From IMG/VR virus record IMGVR_UViG_3300042356_001602: a DNA stretch of 64,000 nt; one strand, given 5' to 3'. This DNA is from a virus. Its lineage: Duplodnaviria; Caudoviricetes. Shown in pieces: positions 34,615-44,510 of the stretch (within the stretch, counting starts at the first letter, position 1; every line of letters starts with the position of its first letter). A program made the position numbers and the translations under genes. The notes beneath the pieces were generated by a model. The model was not told the origin of the DNA and made no database searches. It was given only the letters and a program-made list of their open reading frames with translations.

Positions 34615-34876
34615 ATAAGTAGTCTTTCTACTAGGAGTTGTGTATCAATTTAAAAAAAATAAACGCCCGATTTTTTTAGGCGCGGTTTTGTTTAGGCATT
34701 GGTCTATTCACTTTAGTCATAGGGATACCATTTGAAGAAGCTAAGTTCCTCGCTCTACCCATGTTTTTCATACTTCTAGTATTAGACTGTTTTGCAGCCC
34801 CAGAAAACATCTTACCGAAATTACTACCTCTACTCATGAAATCTCCTTAGAGTTAGAATGTAGTTGTAATAGTAAT

Positions 34877-35164
34877 TTAAAAATCTTCAGATTTGCGTAA
34901 ATCGTTACGAATATCTTCTAAAGCTTTTTGAACTCTATCTATTCTACGATCAAGCTTTTCTATAAAGCCGTTTGAGAACTTGAAGTTAAGGTTGAGAGAC
35001 ATAGCTGCACCTTCAAAGGCAGAATACTTAATGATTGCGCCTTCGCTACCAAACTTAAGCTTTTTGTTAGACTTTTCGTCTTTTTTCTTAAATTGATAGA
35101 CATTTGTCTCATCTTCTGAGAAATATTTATAATACTCTTTGTAAAATTCTTCTTCATTATTCAT
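34877..35164 (-). CDS. hypothetical protein
   Basis: ORF track; GGAG ribosome-binding site. Confidence 0.7.
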   Translation of the reverse strand: MNNEEEFYKEYYKYFSEDETNVYQFKKKDEKSNKKLKFGSEGAIIKYSAFEGAAMSLNLNFKFSNGFIEKLDRRIDRVQKALEDIRNDLRKSEDF

Positions 35165-35312
35165 GTTCTATAATCTCCGTCCATTTATCGCCACATTCTC
35201 TACATTCAATGAATAGGCACTTTTGTTCTTGTTTTTTGCCTGGCTTAACAATAAAGTTAGTTGGCACTGGGCAGTCTGGACATGGGTCTATGTCAAATTT
35301 GTTTGGCTGCAT
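35157..35312 (-). CDS. Zn-ribbon protein (51 aa)
   Basis: Manual translation MQPNKFDIDPCPDC...ECRECGDKW; overlaps the recA end. Confidence 0.6.
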   Translation of the reverse strand: MQPNKFDIDPCPDCPVPTNFIVKPGKKQEQKCLFIECRECGDKWTEIIEHE

Positions 35313-36279
35313 CTTTGATCTTGTTTTTTATCTCATTAAACAGTTCTGTATTGTCACGCAAGTTTGTTATTGCGTTTTCTCTACCTTGTGCAAAAAGTTC
35401 ACCTTCTTGATAAATCCACGCACCTTTTTGCGTAAAGATTCCTTGGTCCACTGCCACATCAAAAACACATCCATGTTCGTCTATTCCTTTTCCGTAAAAT
35501 ATATTAAATTCTGTTATCTTCATAGGGGGTGCCATCTTATTCTTGATGATCTTAACCTTAGAAGTAATTCCAATTGGGTTTCCAGACTTATCCTTGATAT
35601 CTTCCTTCTTGCGAATGTCGATACGCACAGATGCTGCATACTTCAATGCCATACCACCTGGAGTGGTCTCTGGGTTGCCGAACATTATACCAATCTTACT
35701 TCTTAATTGGTTAATGAATATAATAAGAGTTTTGTGCTCATTAGCTAATCCAACAAGCTTACGCAATGCTTTCGACATCATGCGTGCCTGCAAGCCCATC
35801 TGGTTTGCCTCCATATCGCCCTCAAGCTCTGCCTTAGGGATCAAAGAAGCAACTGAGTCTACTACTACCAGACCAATCTCTCCGGTCCTAATAAGCTTGT
35901 CTACGATCTCTAAACCTTGCTCGCCGTAATCGGGCTGAGCTAAAAGTAATTCATCTAGGTCTACACCAACGGCTTGCATGTAAATTGGATCAAGAGCATG
36001 CTCTGCATCTACATATGCACAACGAATGCCAAGCTTTTGTGCTTGTGCAACCACTGACAAAGCAAGTGTTGATTTACCAGAAGACTCTGGTCCAAATATT
36101 TCTACTACTCTACCTTTTGGTAGACCACCAATTCCTAATACCTTATCAAGAGATAAAGCACCTGTTGGGATTGCGGGCCATTTTTCAAAGTGGGAAGAAC
36201 CTAATCTCATTACAGATCCGGTACCAAATTGTCTTTCGATTTGAGCTATGGCTAACTCAAGTTGTTTTGATTCATCCAT
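35293..36279 (-). CDS. recA: RecA recombinase
   Basis: GPESSGKST, VVVDSVASL, IFINQLR, KNKMAPP. Confidence 0.97.
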   Translation of the reverse strand: MDESKQLELAIAQIERQFGTGSVMRLGSSHFEKWPAIPTGALSLDKVLGIGGLPKGRVVEIFGPESSGKSTLALSVVAQAQKLGIRCAYVDAEHALDPIYMQAVGVDLDELLLAQPDYGEQGLEIVDKLIRTGEIGLVVVDSVASLIPKAELEGDMEANQMGLQARMMSKALRKLVGLANEHKTLIIFINQLRSKIGIMFGNPETTPGGMALKYAASVRIDIRKKEDIKDKSGNPIGITSKVKIIKNKMAPPMKITEFNIFYGKGIDEHGCVFDVAVDQGIFTQKGAWIYQEGELFAQGRENAITNLRDNTELFNEIKNKIKDAAKQI

Positions 36280-36493
36280 GTATACATTCTACCACAGGCA
36301 TAGCTTCATCAGTAGGTTTGCACTCGATAGCTTTTATCTTATCTATAACCTTTTGCTTAGCTTCTTTTAATTGCCATCTCAACTCGTAATCTGCAGCAAG
36401 TGTTTTTTCGTTGATTTGATCTAACAACCTATATAATTTTTGTAGTTCCAATTGTTTGGGGTTCTTTTTTTGCAAGGGGAGAACGTCTTTCAT
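36272..36493 (-). CDS. hypothetical protein
   Basis: Start moved to MKDVLP; weak support. Confidence 0.45.
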   Translation of the reverse strand: MKDVLPLQKKNPKQLELQKLYRLLDQINEKTLAADYELRWQLKEAKQKVIDKIKAIECKPTDEAMPVVECIHG

Positions 36494-36544
36494 GATATAC
36501 TTTGGGACAACAAATATAGCATAGAAGCACAGGAATAACAACAC

Positions 36545-36694
36545 ATGAAAAAAGTAGAGTTTGATCTCGATTATGTCAGAGCAGTAAAACTATTAAAGAC
36601 AAAGATTAACACTCCGCATGACCTAATTAGGTACTGGGCATTTAGTGGTCCTTGTTTAGAACCACATCCAGAAATAGAAGATATTTCCGAGTAG
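36545..36694 (+). CDS. hypothetical protein (49 aa)
   Basis: Manual translation MKKVEFDLDYVRAVKLLK... Confidence 0.5.
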   Translation: MKKVEFDLDYVRAVKLLKTKINTPHDLIRYWAFSGPCLEPHPEIEDISE

Positions 36695-36846
36695 GATTTG
36701 ACAAGTACCGTATAGTGGGGTGTATAATCTGTATACAGCAGCCCTATCTAACCTATGGGTTATCCGTAGCTAGCAAAGCATACACGTTAGTTTAATAATA
36801 CTATGTGTACCAATACACTATACAGGTGCTTAAAATTATTTTTAAG

Positions 36847-36853
36847 TTACTAT
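36847..36853 (+). promoter_or_regulatory. candidate late promoter element TTACTAT
   Basis: Intergenic copies at 36847, 38360, 52880 (GTACTAT), 55734, 59467, each about 27-40 nt before a start codon. Confidence 0.5.
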
Positions 36854-36879
36854 AGGTTTAACAGCCTAGGAGTTAGTGT

Positions 36880-38359
36880 ATGAGAATATATCAAATATTC
36901 TTTCCAGAATTAGCAACGTATGTTAAGTTTAAAGTTTTGGACCCAGAAGAGATCCAGACTTTCTTATCTTCATGTCCTAAAGTTGAATCTGAATTAGAGT
37001 TCAAAAAATTTAAGAAGAAGGTTATTGAGCATTTTATTTTTAACCTAAAGAATGAAATCTCTGAATGCTTACGAGCAATGTCACGCAAATCTGCTGAGAA
37101 ATGCTTAGATGCAATATACGCAGGCTGCGTTATGCTAAACCCAGGTTTGGATATAGACCGGATGGATAAACATTGCCTATGATGCACCAATGCATATCAA
37201 TCCATTTTTATTTGATGACGAAGATGATATAGCTTCTAAAGCATTCCTTGATACAATTAAAAACTTTAGAGGTAAATTTCCTAAAGTAGATGAAAACGAT
37301 CTACCAATCTCAGGTAATGCTAAAGAAAAGCCAGACGTTAAGTCTAAGCAGATTACTAAGCAAAAGTTCCTTGGTTTAGAGCCTTATCTTAAGAATAATA
37401 TTATTGGCCAAGAGCATGCTGTTAGTGCTTTAATAAATGCATTAAGAAGATCTCAGACTGGATTACATGATCCAGATAGACCATTGGGTGTTTTCTTATT
37501 TGCTGGATCTTCTGGAGTTGGAAAAACGCATCTAGCTAATGCTCTTCATAAATATCTATTTGGGTCAGATTATCCAATGGTTAGAATCGATTGTGGAGAA
37601 TTTCAACATAAGCACGAGAATCAGAAACTAATAGGTTCTCCTCCCGGCTATGTAGGTCATGACGAAGGTGGGCAGTTAGTTAACCTAGTCAAGAAATATC
37701 CTTATACTGTAATACTTCTTGATGAAGTAGAAAAAGCTCATCCGGATCTATGGAATACATTCTTAAGAGTTTTTGATGACGGAGTGTTAACTGATGGTAA
37801 AGGTGAAATTGTAAACTTTAAAAATACAATTATTATTATGACCACAAATCTTGGAAATGATAAAACATCTGAACATTTACTTTCTGGCGGAGCTGGATTC
37901 ACCAACAATGTTAATTACAAAACTGGGACAAAGATAGTACCAAGTAGATCGATCGTTGAGAGAAATACAAACGACGCAGTTAAAAAACATTTTAAACCAG
38001 AGTTTTTAAATAGAATAGACAAAACTGTTATATTTAATTATCTATCAGACGAAGACTGCTCAAGAATAGCACAGCTGGAGATGTCGGTAATAGCAGAGAA
38101 ACTTTCCAAAAAAGGCTTTTCAATGGAGTATAACGATAACGTTATCTCTGGATTGATTGCAGAAGGAATAGATTCAATCAAGGGAGCTAGAGGTTTAGCT
38201 CAAATAAGAAGAGATAAAATAGAATCTCAGCTAGCAGAGTCGATAATGGACAACCCAACACCAAGAGGATCCATATTTCAAATAGACTATGAAGATTCTG
38301 TATTTAAGTTTAATGTAATTAAGCCATCTAAAAAACAGGACTTAATAAAAGAAGCATAG
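36880..38359 (+). CDS. ClpA/B-type AAA+ ATPase (D2 ring only) with +1 frameshift at CGG 37159-37161
   Basis: GSSGVGKT, RIDCGEF, LLDEVEKAH, FKPEFLNRID, GARGL; the N-terminal ORF joins in the +1 frame after CGG. Confidence 0.85.
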
Positions 38360-38399
38360 TTACTATTAAGTGGTAAATAGTTTAAATTAGGAGACAACA

Positions 38400-38591
38400 A
38401 TGCGAGCAGTAGGTACATCATCCGGAGCTATGGGTCTTTTGGGACAAGCTAAAAGTGGAATAAAAAGCATGGGATATAAAAAAGGTGCTGCAGTTGCAGC
38501 TGGCGTAGTTGGCGCAGGTGCCATGATGAGAAGAAGAAAATCTGGATTAGATAGTATGCCAGGTAGACCAACTGGGATAAGGAACTACTAA
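38400..38591 (+). CDS. small Gly/Ala-rich membrane-associated protein
   Basis: ORF track; AGGAG ribosome-binding site. Confidence 0.7.
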   Translation: MRAVGTSSGAMGLLGQAKSGIKSMGYKKGAAVAAGVVGAGAMMRRRKSGLDSMPGRPTGIRNY

Positions 38592-38592
38592 G

Positions 38593-38874
38593 ATGGCAAG
38601 ATTTAATTCAATGTATAGGTCTGTTGGCACCATGGCTCAAACAGTTCTTCATGGCACTAAAGCAGCTGCACCAGCTGCACCAGCTGGAATGAGAGGGTCG
38701 GCAACGACACGACTTGCAGCTACGAGAGCATCACAAATAAAAACTGGCAAAAGAGTAGTTGGCGGAGCTGCTGCTATGGCACTCATGGGTAGAGCCAATA
38801 GAGAAAAGCCAGTTGGTGGATATAATCCAAGGAGACCAGTTATGCCAGTTCCCCAAAATGGAAGACCAATGTAA
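38593..38874 (+). CDS. Ala/Arg-rich hypothetical protein
   Basis: ORF track. Confidence 0.7.
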   Translation: MARFNSMYRSVGTMAQTVLHGTKAAAPAAPAGMRGSATTRLAATRASQIKTGKRVVGGAAAMALMGRANREKPVGGYNPRRPVMPVPQNGRPM

Positions 38875-38875
38875 T

Positions 38876-39286
38876 ATGACTAATTGGGAAAGTTTTATTA
38901 ATGAGTCAGGTGATTTTGAGCTGCCTAACTTTTTATATAGAACTATTAATGATTTGATGAAACAGTCTTTGGACATGGGCACATTATTGTCTAACGACCA
39001 ACATAAATTAAGAGCCTATAAAGAACAGACTAAAAAAATGTTTAAAGCACGTTGGTTTGAAATAGCTAAAGCTCTTGAGTTTTTTAATATAATAGACCCA
39101 TGTATTTGTTCTTTAAGCGAAAAAGAACTATACTGTGATGTTTGTAAAGGTGCTAGATTTATAATTAGCTCAACGTTAACTGCCGACGAGATGAAGGAAG
39201 TTGGCTTCTTTATTAACGCAGCAGACAATTTAGAAATAGTACAAAAGCTTCAAAAGAGTCTTAACGAAATACTAATGGATCGTTAG
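38876..39286 (+). CDS. hypothetical protein with Zn-finger
   Basis: Start moved to MTNWES; CIC...CDVCKG. Confidence 0.7.
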   Translation: MTNWESFINESGDFELPNFLYRTINDLMKQSLDMGTLLSNDQHKLRAYKEQTKKMFKARWFEIAKALEFFNIIDPCICSLSEKELYCDVCKGARFIISSTLTADEMKEVGFFINAADNLEIVQKLQKSLNEILMDR

Positions 39287-39288
39287 AT

Positions 39289-39462
39289 GTGTTATGTCCA
39301 AGGTGCGATTTCAAGTTAGAAAACATTGTAGAGTTTTTCATAGAAGAACCTGAATTTATATATACAAAAGAATATTATTGTACTAAATGTAAAAGTTCTA
39401 TGATAGAACACTTTGACAACAATGGTTTCTATGCAACAGAGTGGATTGATTTTAATGTCTAA
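39289..39462 (+). CDS. Zn-ribbon protein (57 aa)
   Basis: Manual translation (GTG) LCPRC...YYCTKC. Confidence 0.65.
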   Translation: MLCPRCDFKLENIVEFFIEEPEFIYTKEYYCTKCKSSMIEHFDNNGFYATEWIDFNV

Positions 39463-40171
39463 TATAGAAAAAGCAAATAATAAGAATGGTTTCATGAAAG
39501 AATTTGAGTCTTTAAGACCAGATCTTTTTTTTCCGGATCACTGGAATGAAGAACAGATAAATAAAGCTATAGAATTGGTTAAGCCACAAAAAACACGAAC
39601 TGCAATGTTCTCTTCAATTCCAATGAATTGTGAAGCAGAGAGATGTGTATATGCTTCAACATGTCCATTGTTGAAAGAAAACGTTGCTCCAAAGAATAAC
39701 CCGTGCCCAATAGAGATGTCGATGGTTTCTCAATTTACTGCCGAATATCTTGAGCAGCTAGATGTTAATCCTAACAACTTGGTAGAAGTTTCAATGGTTA
39801 GAGATTTAGTCGACCAAGAAGTTCAGTACATTAGAAAAACAAAACTACTTGCCAAAGAACACTTCATTCAAGAAAATGTTATTGGAATAGATCAAGATGG
39901 TCAACCAATACTTAAGAAAGAATTACATTTAGCTGTAGAACTAGAAGACAAGCTACACAAGCGTCGCAAGGATCTTAGAAATCAATTACTTGCAACGAGA
40001 GAAGCTAAAGCTAAAGTTGGTCAAGTTCAACTTGATACAGCACAAGCAATTTCAGATATTATCAATAAAGTTCAATCTATAGAAAATCAAAGAGAAAAAA
40101 TTCTTAAACAAAAACTTGGAACTTATGAGGTAGACGATTATATTGAATCACAGGAAATAAAGGATGAGTAA
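39455..40171 (+). CDS. Cys-cluster helical protein (possible terminase small subunit)
   Basis: C....C.....C.........CPIE then coiled coils; function inferred from position only. Confidence 0.6.
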   Translation: MSNIEKANNKNGFMKEFESLRPDLFFPDHWNEEQINKAIELVKPQKTRTAMFSSIPMNCEAERCVYASTCPLLKENVAPKNNPCPIEMSMVSQFTAEYLEQLDVNPNNLVEVSMVRDLVDQEVQYIRKTKLLAKEHFIQENVIGIDQDGQPILKKELHLAVELEDKLHKRRKDLRNQLLATREAKAKVGQVQLDTAQAISDIINKVQSIENQREKILKQKLGTYEVDDYIESQEIKDE

Positions 40172-43100
40172 ATTAGACGATCTAGTCAATATGTACAAGA
40201 GATTGTTTCCTCATATACCTGAAGAAGAGATAAAAGAAAAGGTAATGCGAAATGCAAGGATCGGTGTTGATCCTGTGTTATCTTCAGCAGTATTGGACAT
40301 GCATCCTACGGATTTGCACCCAGGGGATACAGTAATGGAAAGGTTAAAAGACCTTCAAGCTTCATATGGAAAAGCATTAGAAGCAGAACTGGAAATGCCA
40401 ATTTCAACTCTTGAAAAAAATCAAACAATTCAAACCGCAATGTCAGCTCCAACTATGAATCTCAGTTTGATATCAGATAGACAGGTTAGAAACGCTCTAA
40501 ATGATCAATGGCAAGAATTAACTATGGGTGGACTTAATGAAAATGTTGGGTTTCCATCAGTCTTAATTCCATCAGGAAACGTTAGATCACAAAGTGTTTT
40601 ATACAACATGCCCGATTCTAACCATCCATTATCAGTTCTAATGTCAGGTAGAGCTGTTTCAGTCTCTAATGAAAAAGTTGGAGAAAAAGCTATGTCAGTT
40701 TCTTCCAGTGCTATCCCAACAGTTGAATATTTGCAAACAATGATTTCTAGGAGAGACCCCCAAGAAGTAGTACAGCAAGCAATTGATAATGGAAGAAGAT
40801 TGAGAATAATGACTTCTGACATTGAGACAGGTGGAGTTGGTCCGTATGACTTAGCTAGATCTGTTTTTGGGCAAACGTACGAAATGCCAACCGATACAGC
40901 AACAGATGTTGCTGGAGCTCTAAAAGGTATTAGCCAAAGCACTAGCCCATCAGATACTTTTAACTTTCATATGTTACTGCCAGAAATGCAGACTCTAACA
41001 AGGGGTCAAAGAAGAGGTCTTCCTGCAGTTCAGTTGGGAGGACGTTTAGCTGACATAGAAAGTGGAAGACTCTTACCCGGAGGAGGTATGTCCTCAGGTG
41101 CTGGTCGAATATTTGATCTTACAACCAAACAAGGAAGAATTGATTCAGCAGCGGAACTAACCAAGTACCTTCAGTCAATAGCTGACCCAGACACAATGTT
41201 GCTTGGTAATAACTTTGTTAGTTTTGACATACCAAGGTTATTAGCTACAGCATCTGCAATACCAGAGTTCATGGAAAATCCAGAAGCCAGAGGAATAATA
41301 GAAGCTGTACAAAAAAAAGCTGCTAGCGATAGTGTGATAGATGTTACTCAAATGTCTAGGCAATATTTATCTGGAATAGTAAGAGACAGAATGGCTTCTC
41401 TTGTTATGACTCCTGAAACTATAATAGAACGTGGACTAACTTCTCTTTTATCTCCAGAAAGTTTAGCAAAAGCTGGCATAGTAGGAGAAGGCGTTAAGCC
41501 TTTCAGTATTGAAAATGTAGTTACGTCAACTAATGTATTAGAACAAATGTACGATTTCACGGACTCTGCTGGCAACACTCCTATGAGGCAAGCTGTACTA
41601 GATTTAGCTGGTGGATCTCACATCTCTGAATTAGACGCACAGTTATCTATGTCAATTTATAGGGGTATTGTAAGTGGAGATTTAGATATTCAAAATCCTT
41701 CTAAAAGAGCAGATCTATCAACGACTAGAGGGCAAAGCATAGCTTCTGCATTAGATGCAGTCAGTAGAGCAACTGCTACTGTACCAACTTCTAATATAGC
41801 AAGCATGGGCGAAATTTCAGATCAGGTATTTGATTTTTTAACTGATCCGTCTGGTGCTTCAGATAGAACATTAATCGGTGCAAGAGTCAAGATTATTGAT
41901 AGCGCAACTGGACAAGTAGAGGGATTTCTACATTATAATCCTGAAATAAGTGCATATGAAAAAGTCTTTTCCGATCCAAGAAGAGCGCCTCAACGCATGT
42001 CTTCAGCAAAAGATGCCAGAAATGTAATTAGAAGAGCAATGTCAGAAACAGAAATCAAAACGGCAAAAGATGGATCTACGTATACGGAATATGGACCAAA
42101 CGTTATTTCTACTGGAATAAACGTTGCAGAAGCAAGTCAGATGAACTCTACTTTAGCAGCGGTATCAAGATTCTCTGGTCTTTCAACGATAGCTAGAGGA
42201 CCAGGAGCATTTTTATCAACTGAAGCAGACGAAGATGCTTTTGTTGCGGCAATGACAACTACTAGAAAACATATAGGTTTTCCACACTTAAGTGACAGGC
42301 CAGAATCAGTAACATCAGGGCCAAGAAAACTTGTGAACAATATGTTATATCGTTTCGAGATGCCGAACGCTGCATCTATGGCAACAGCACAAGATCTTAT
42401 ATATCAAGGAGGAGCAGGATTAGCCGTTCTAGATCCAGTTATGAGATCTAACTTTGTTGCCATCTCTACATTAACTTCTGCAGTACCATACCAAGGTGAT
42501 ATGAGTGAAATGGCTAAAGAAATAGCTAGAAAAGCAGAAGCACAAAGAGCAGTAGCAGAAGGTAGAATTATGACCGATGCGCAAATTGAAGCTCTTGTTT
42601 CTACAATGCCACAGGCACAAATAGATTCAATCAACTTAAGAGCAACAGATAGTTCATTATATTTATCAGAACAAACTGTATCTCATGTTCCGGTAATCAA
42701 AAAGACTAGGTTAATTAGTACTCAAACAATGCAGCCGACTAAGCCATTAATATCTCGTTCAGTCCTTTCTGAAATGAGAATTACCGAGGGCGGCAAGTCC
42801 GTTCCAATGGTAGATTCTGCATTTTGGAAAAAAGCTGGACTAGATACTTCTACTCTTTCTATAGTAAAAACTCCAACTAGGGATATTGTAAACTTAGTTG
42901 CTGGCAAAGGAGGAATGGCGAGAGATGACGCAGGAACTTTTGCAGAATCGTTATTAGACGTATTGAAGGCTAAGACTTCATTAACAGTTGAAGAGATGGT
43001 TGAACAAGGGTTGTCTTACAGTCTTGAAGAAGCCGGTCAAATAAAAGCGCTTTTGGCAAACAACACTCCTGAAGTAGTACAAAGGTTAAGACAATTCTCC

Positions 43101-43838
43101 GAAGGATTAGCACAAAGATTAATGGAATCTGGTCCTGCTATTGGAGCAATTGAAGGCGAAGAAGCACGAGGTATCACAGCAGTTCTACAGAAGGCTGGTT
43201 CAGACATTGGAAACGATCAACCTGCCATAGCTAGAGGTATGGTTTTTCAAACTCAAAGAATGGGCGAAGAAACAATTAGTTTCTCCGGATCAATCCCGCA
43301 AGCAGCAAGAGATCAGTTATCTCACATGGGTGGAGCAGAATCTGCTGCAGTCAATTCAGAGTTAAGTGGCAGTTTAATGCAAGAACATTTGCAAGCTTTA
43401 GGTAAAGCAGAGTCTAGTGACACATTTATGGGCAAGCTAAAAAATATCTTTCATAAAGACAGGGTAGATGCTGGAGTCTTTGGAACTAAGTTTGGCAGGA
43501 ATAGAACAGGCAGAGATGCCGCTATCTTGGACGGTCTAGCTAAAATTAAACCAAAATTAGCATTGGGAACAATTGCTGTTGGAGCAGCAAGTGCTGGTTA
43601 CTATTTAGCTAAGAAGCAAAGATTAAATAAAATGTATGATCAAACCATGCAACAGCAACCTTATGAAGATCAAGGAATGATTCAGCAGGCAAATTCTAGT
43701 ATTCAACAAGATAATCAACAGACAAGCGCTAGAAGAGATCCTTTAGTCACAGCTGGCGTTGTTGGAAATTTAGACAGAAATAAAATTGGGCATACGGGGA
43801 TGGGCCCAAATAAATATAACCATCTTTACGGAGGATAA
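40164..43838 (+). CDS. large protein with DEDDh 3'-5' exonuclease domain and C-terminal TM-like segment
   Basis: SDIETGG, GNNFVSFDIPRL, SHISELD; GTIAVGAASAGYYL near the C-terminus. Confidence 0.75.
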   Translation: MSKLDDLVNMYKRLFPHIPEEEIKEKVMRNARIGVDPVLSSAVLDMHPTDLHPGDTVMERLKDLQASYGKALEAELEMPISTLEKNQTIQTAMSAPTMNLSLISDRQVRNALNDQWQELTMGGLNENVGFPSVLIPSGNVRSQSVLYNMPDSNHPLSVLMSGRAVSVSNEKVGEKAMSVSSSAIPTVEYLQTMISRRDPQEVVQQAIDNGRRLRIMTSDIETGGVGPYDLARSVFGQTYEMPTDTATDVAGALKGISQSTSPSDTFNFHMLLPEMQTLTRGQRRGLPAVQLGGRLADIESGRLLPGGGMSSGAGRIFDLTTKQGRIDSAAELTKYLQSIADPDTMLLGNNFVSFDIPRLLATASAIPEFMENPEARGIIEAVQKKAASDSVIDVTQMSRQYLSGIVRDRMASLVMTPETIIERGLTSLLSPESLAKAGIVGEGVKPFSIENVVTSTNVLEQMYDFTDSAGNTPMRQAVLDLAGGSHISELDAQLSMSIYRGIVSGDLDIQNPSKRADLSTTRGQSIASALDAVSRATATVPTSNIASMGEISDQVFDFLTDPSGASDRTLIGARVKIIDSATGQVEGFLHYNPEISAYEKVFSDPRRAPQRMSSAKDARNVIRRAMSETEIKTAKDGSTYTEYGPNVISTGINVAEASQMNSTLAAVSRFSGLSTIARGPGAFLSTEADEDAFVAAMTTTRKHIGFPHLSDRPESVTSGPRKLVNNMLYRFEMPNAASMATAQDLIYQGGAGLAVLDPVMRSNFVAISTLTSAVPYQGDMSEMAKEIARKAEAQRAVAEGRIMTDAQIEALVSTMPQAQIDSINLRATDSSLYLSEQTVSHVPVIKKTRLISTQTMQPTKPLISRSVLSEMRITEGGKSVPMVDSAFWKKAGLDTSTLSIVKTPTRDIVNLVAGKGGMARDDAGTFAESLLDVLKAKTSLTVEEMVEQGLSYSLEEAGQIKALLANNTPEVVQRLRQFSEGLAQRLMESGPAIGAIEGEEARGITAVLQKAGSDIGNDQPAIARGMVFQTQRMGEETISFSGSIPQAARDQLSHMGGAESAAVNSELSGSLMQEHLQALGKAESSDTFMGKLKNIFHKDRVDAGVFGTKFGRNRTGRDAAILDGLAKIKPKLALGTIAVGAASAGYYLAKKQRLNKMYDQTMQQQPYEDQGMIQQANSSIQQDNQQTSARRDPLVTAGVVGNLDRNKIGHTGMGPNKYNHLYGG

Positions 43839-43843
43839 CCAAA

Positions 43844-44510
43844 ATGCCAATAAGCGCAGATTCAGTAAGTTCAGGCATAGATGCTGGTAGAAGCATGCTA
43901 TCTATGATAGGATCATCTGGCATTGGCCAATTAGCTAAAGATGTAATGGGCTCTAAAAAAGGTAAAGCAGCAGTTCTTGGTGGATTATTTTTAGCTGGTG
44001 TTGGAAAAGAAGTAGTAAGACCAACCATTAAAGCTGGATTAGATGTAGCCTTTGATGATCCAAATGCAGATCAAAAAGTACTTGGAACAGATCTAACTCC
44101 TTCAATGTTGATTGGAGCCAACGTAGGAGGTCCCGTAGGAAGCCTTGCAAGGGGTGCTAACGCCTATAGATTTGGAGTTGGTGGCACTGACCCCTATACT
44201 GCTCAAAGGAACGTAGGAAGAGCTGGAGCAGCTATTGGTGCTGTTGGTGGTGGATTAATGCGGCTATGGACAAAAGGGAACTAAAGGAGCTATAATCGGA
44301 GCTATTGCTGGCGGAGCTGCTGGAAACGTAGCAGGAAGAGTAACAGGTGCAGGTGGATCTTTAATGTTTGCTAAAAACTATGCGCAAACAAATGCTCAAA
44401 TATTAAATCAATCTCCCTTTTATAATAAATCACTAATGACAGCAGACAGAATGAATGCTAGTGGGGACATTGTTCTCGGAGCTCATAACACCAGAAGAGG
44501 TCAATACTAA
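43844..44510 (+). CDS. Gly/Ala-rich virion/membrane protein with +1 frameshift at CGG 44261-44263
   Basis: The +1 frame continues the Gly/Ala-rich sequence for 82 codons and ends in TAATG coupled to the next gene. Confidence 0.75.

Noticed and set aside
36698-36732. Sigma-70 promoter TTGACA...TATAAT before the late operon
   Set aside because: The spacer is 19 nt, which is suboptimal; possible but not supportable without TSS data.
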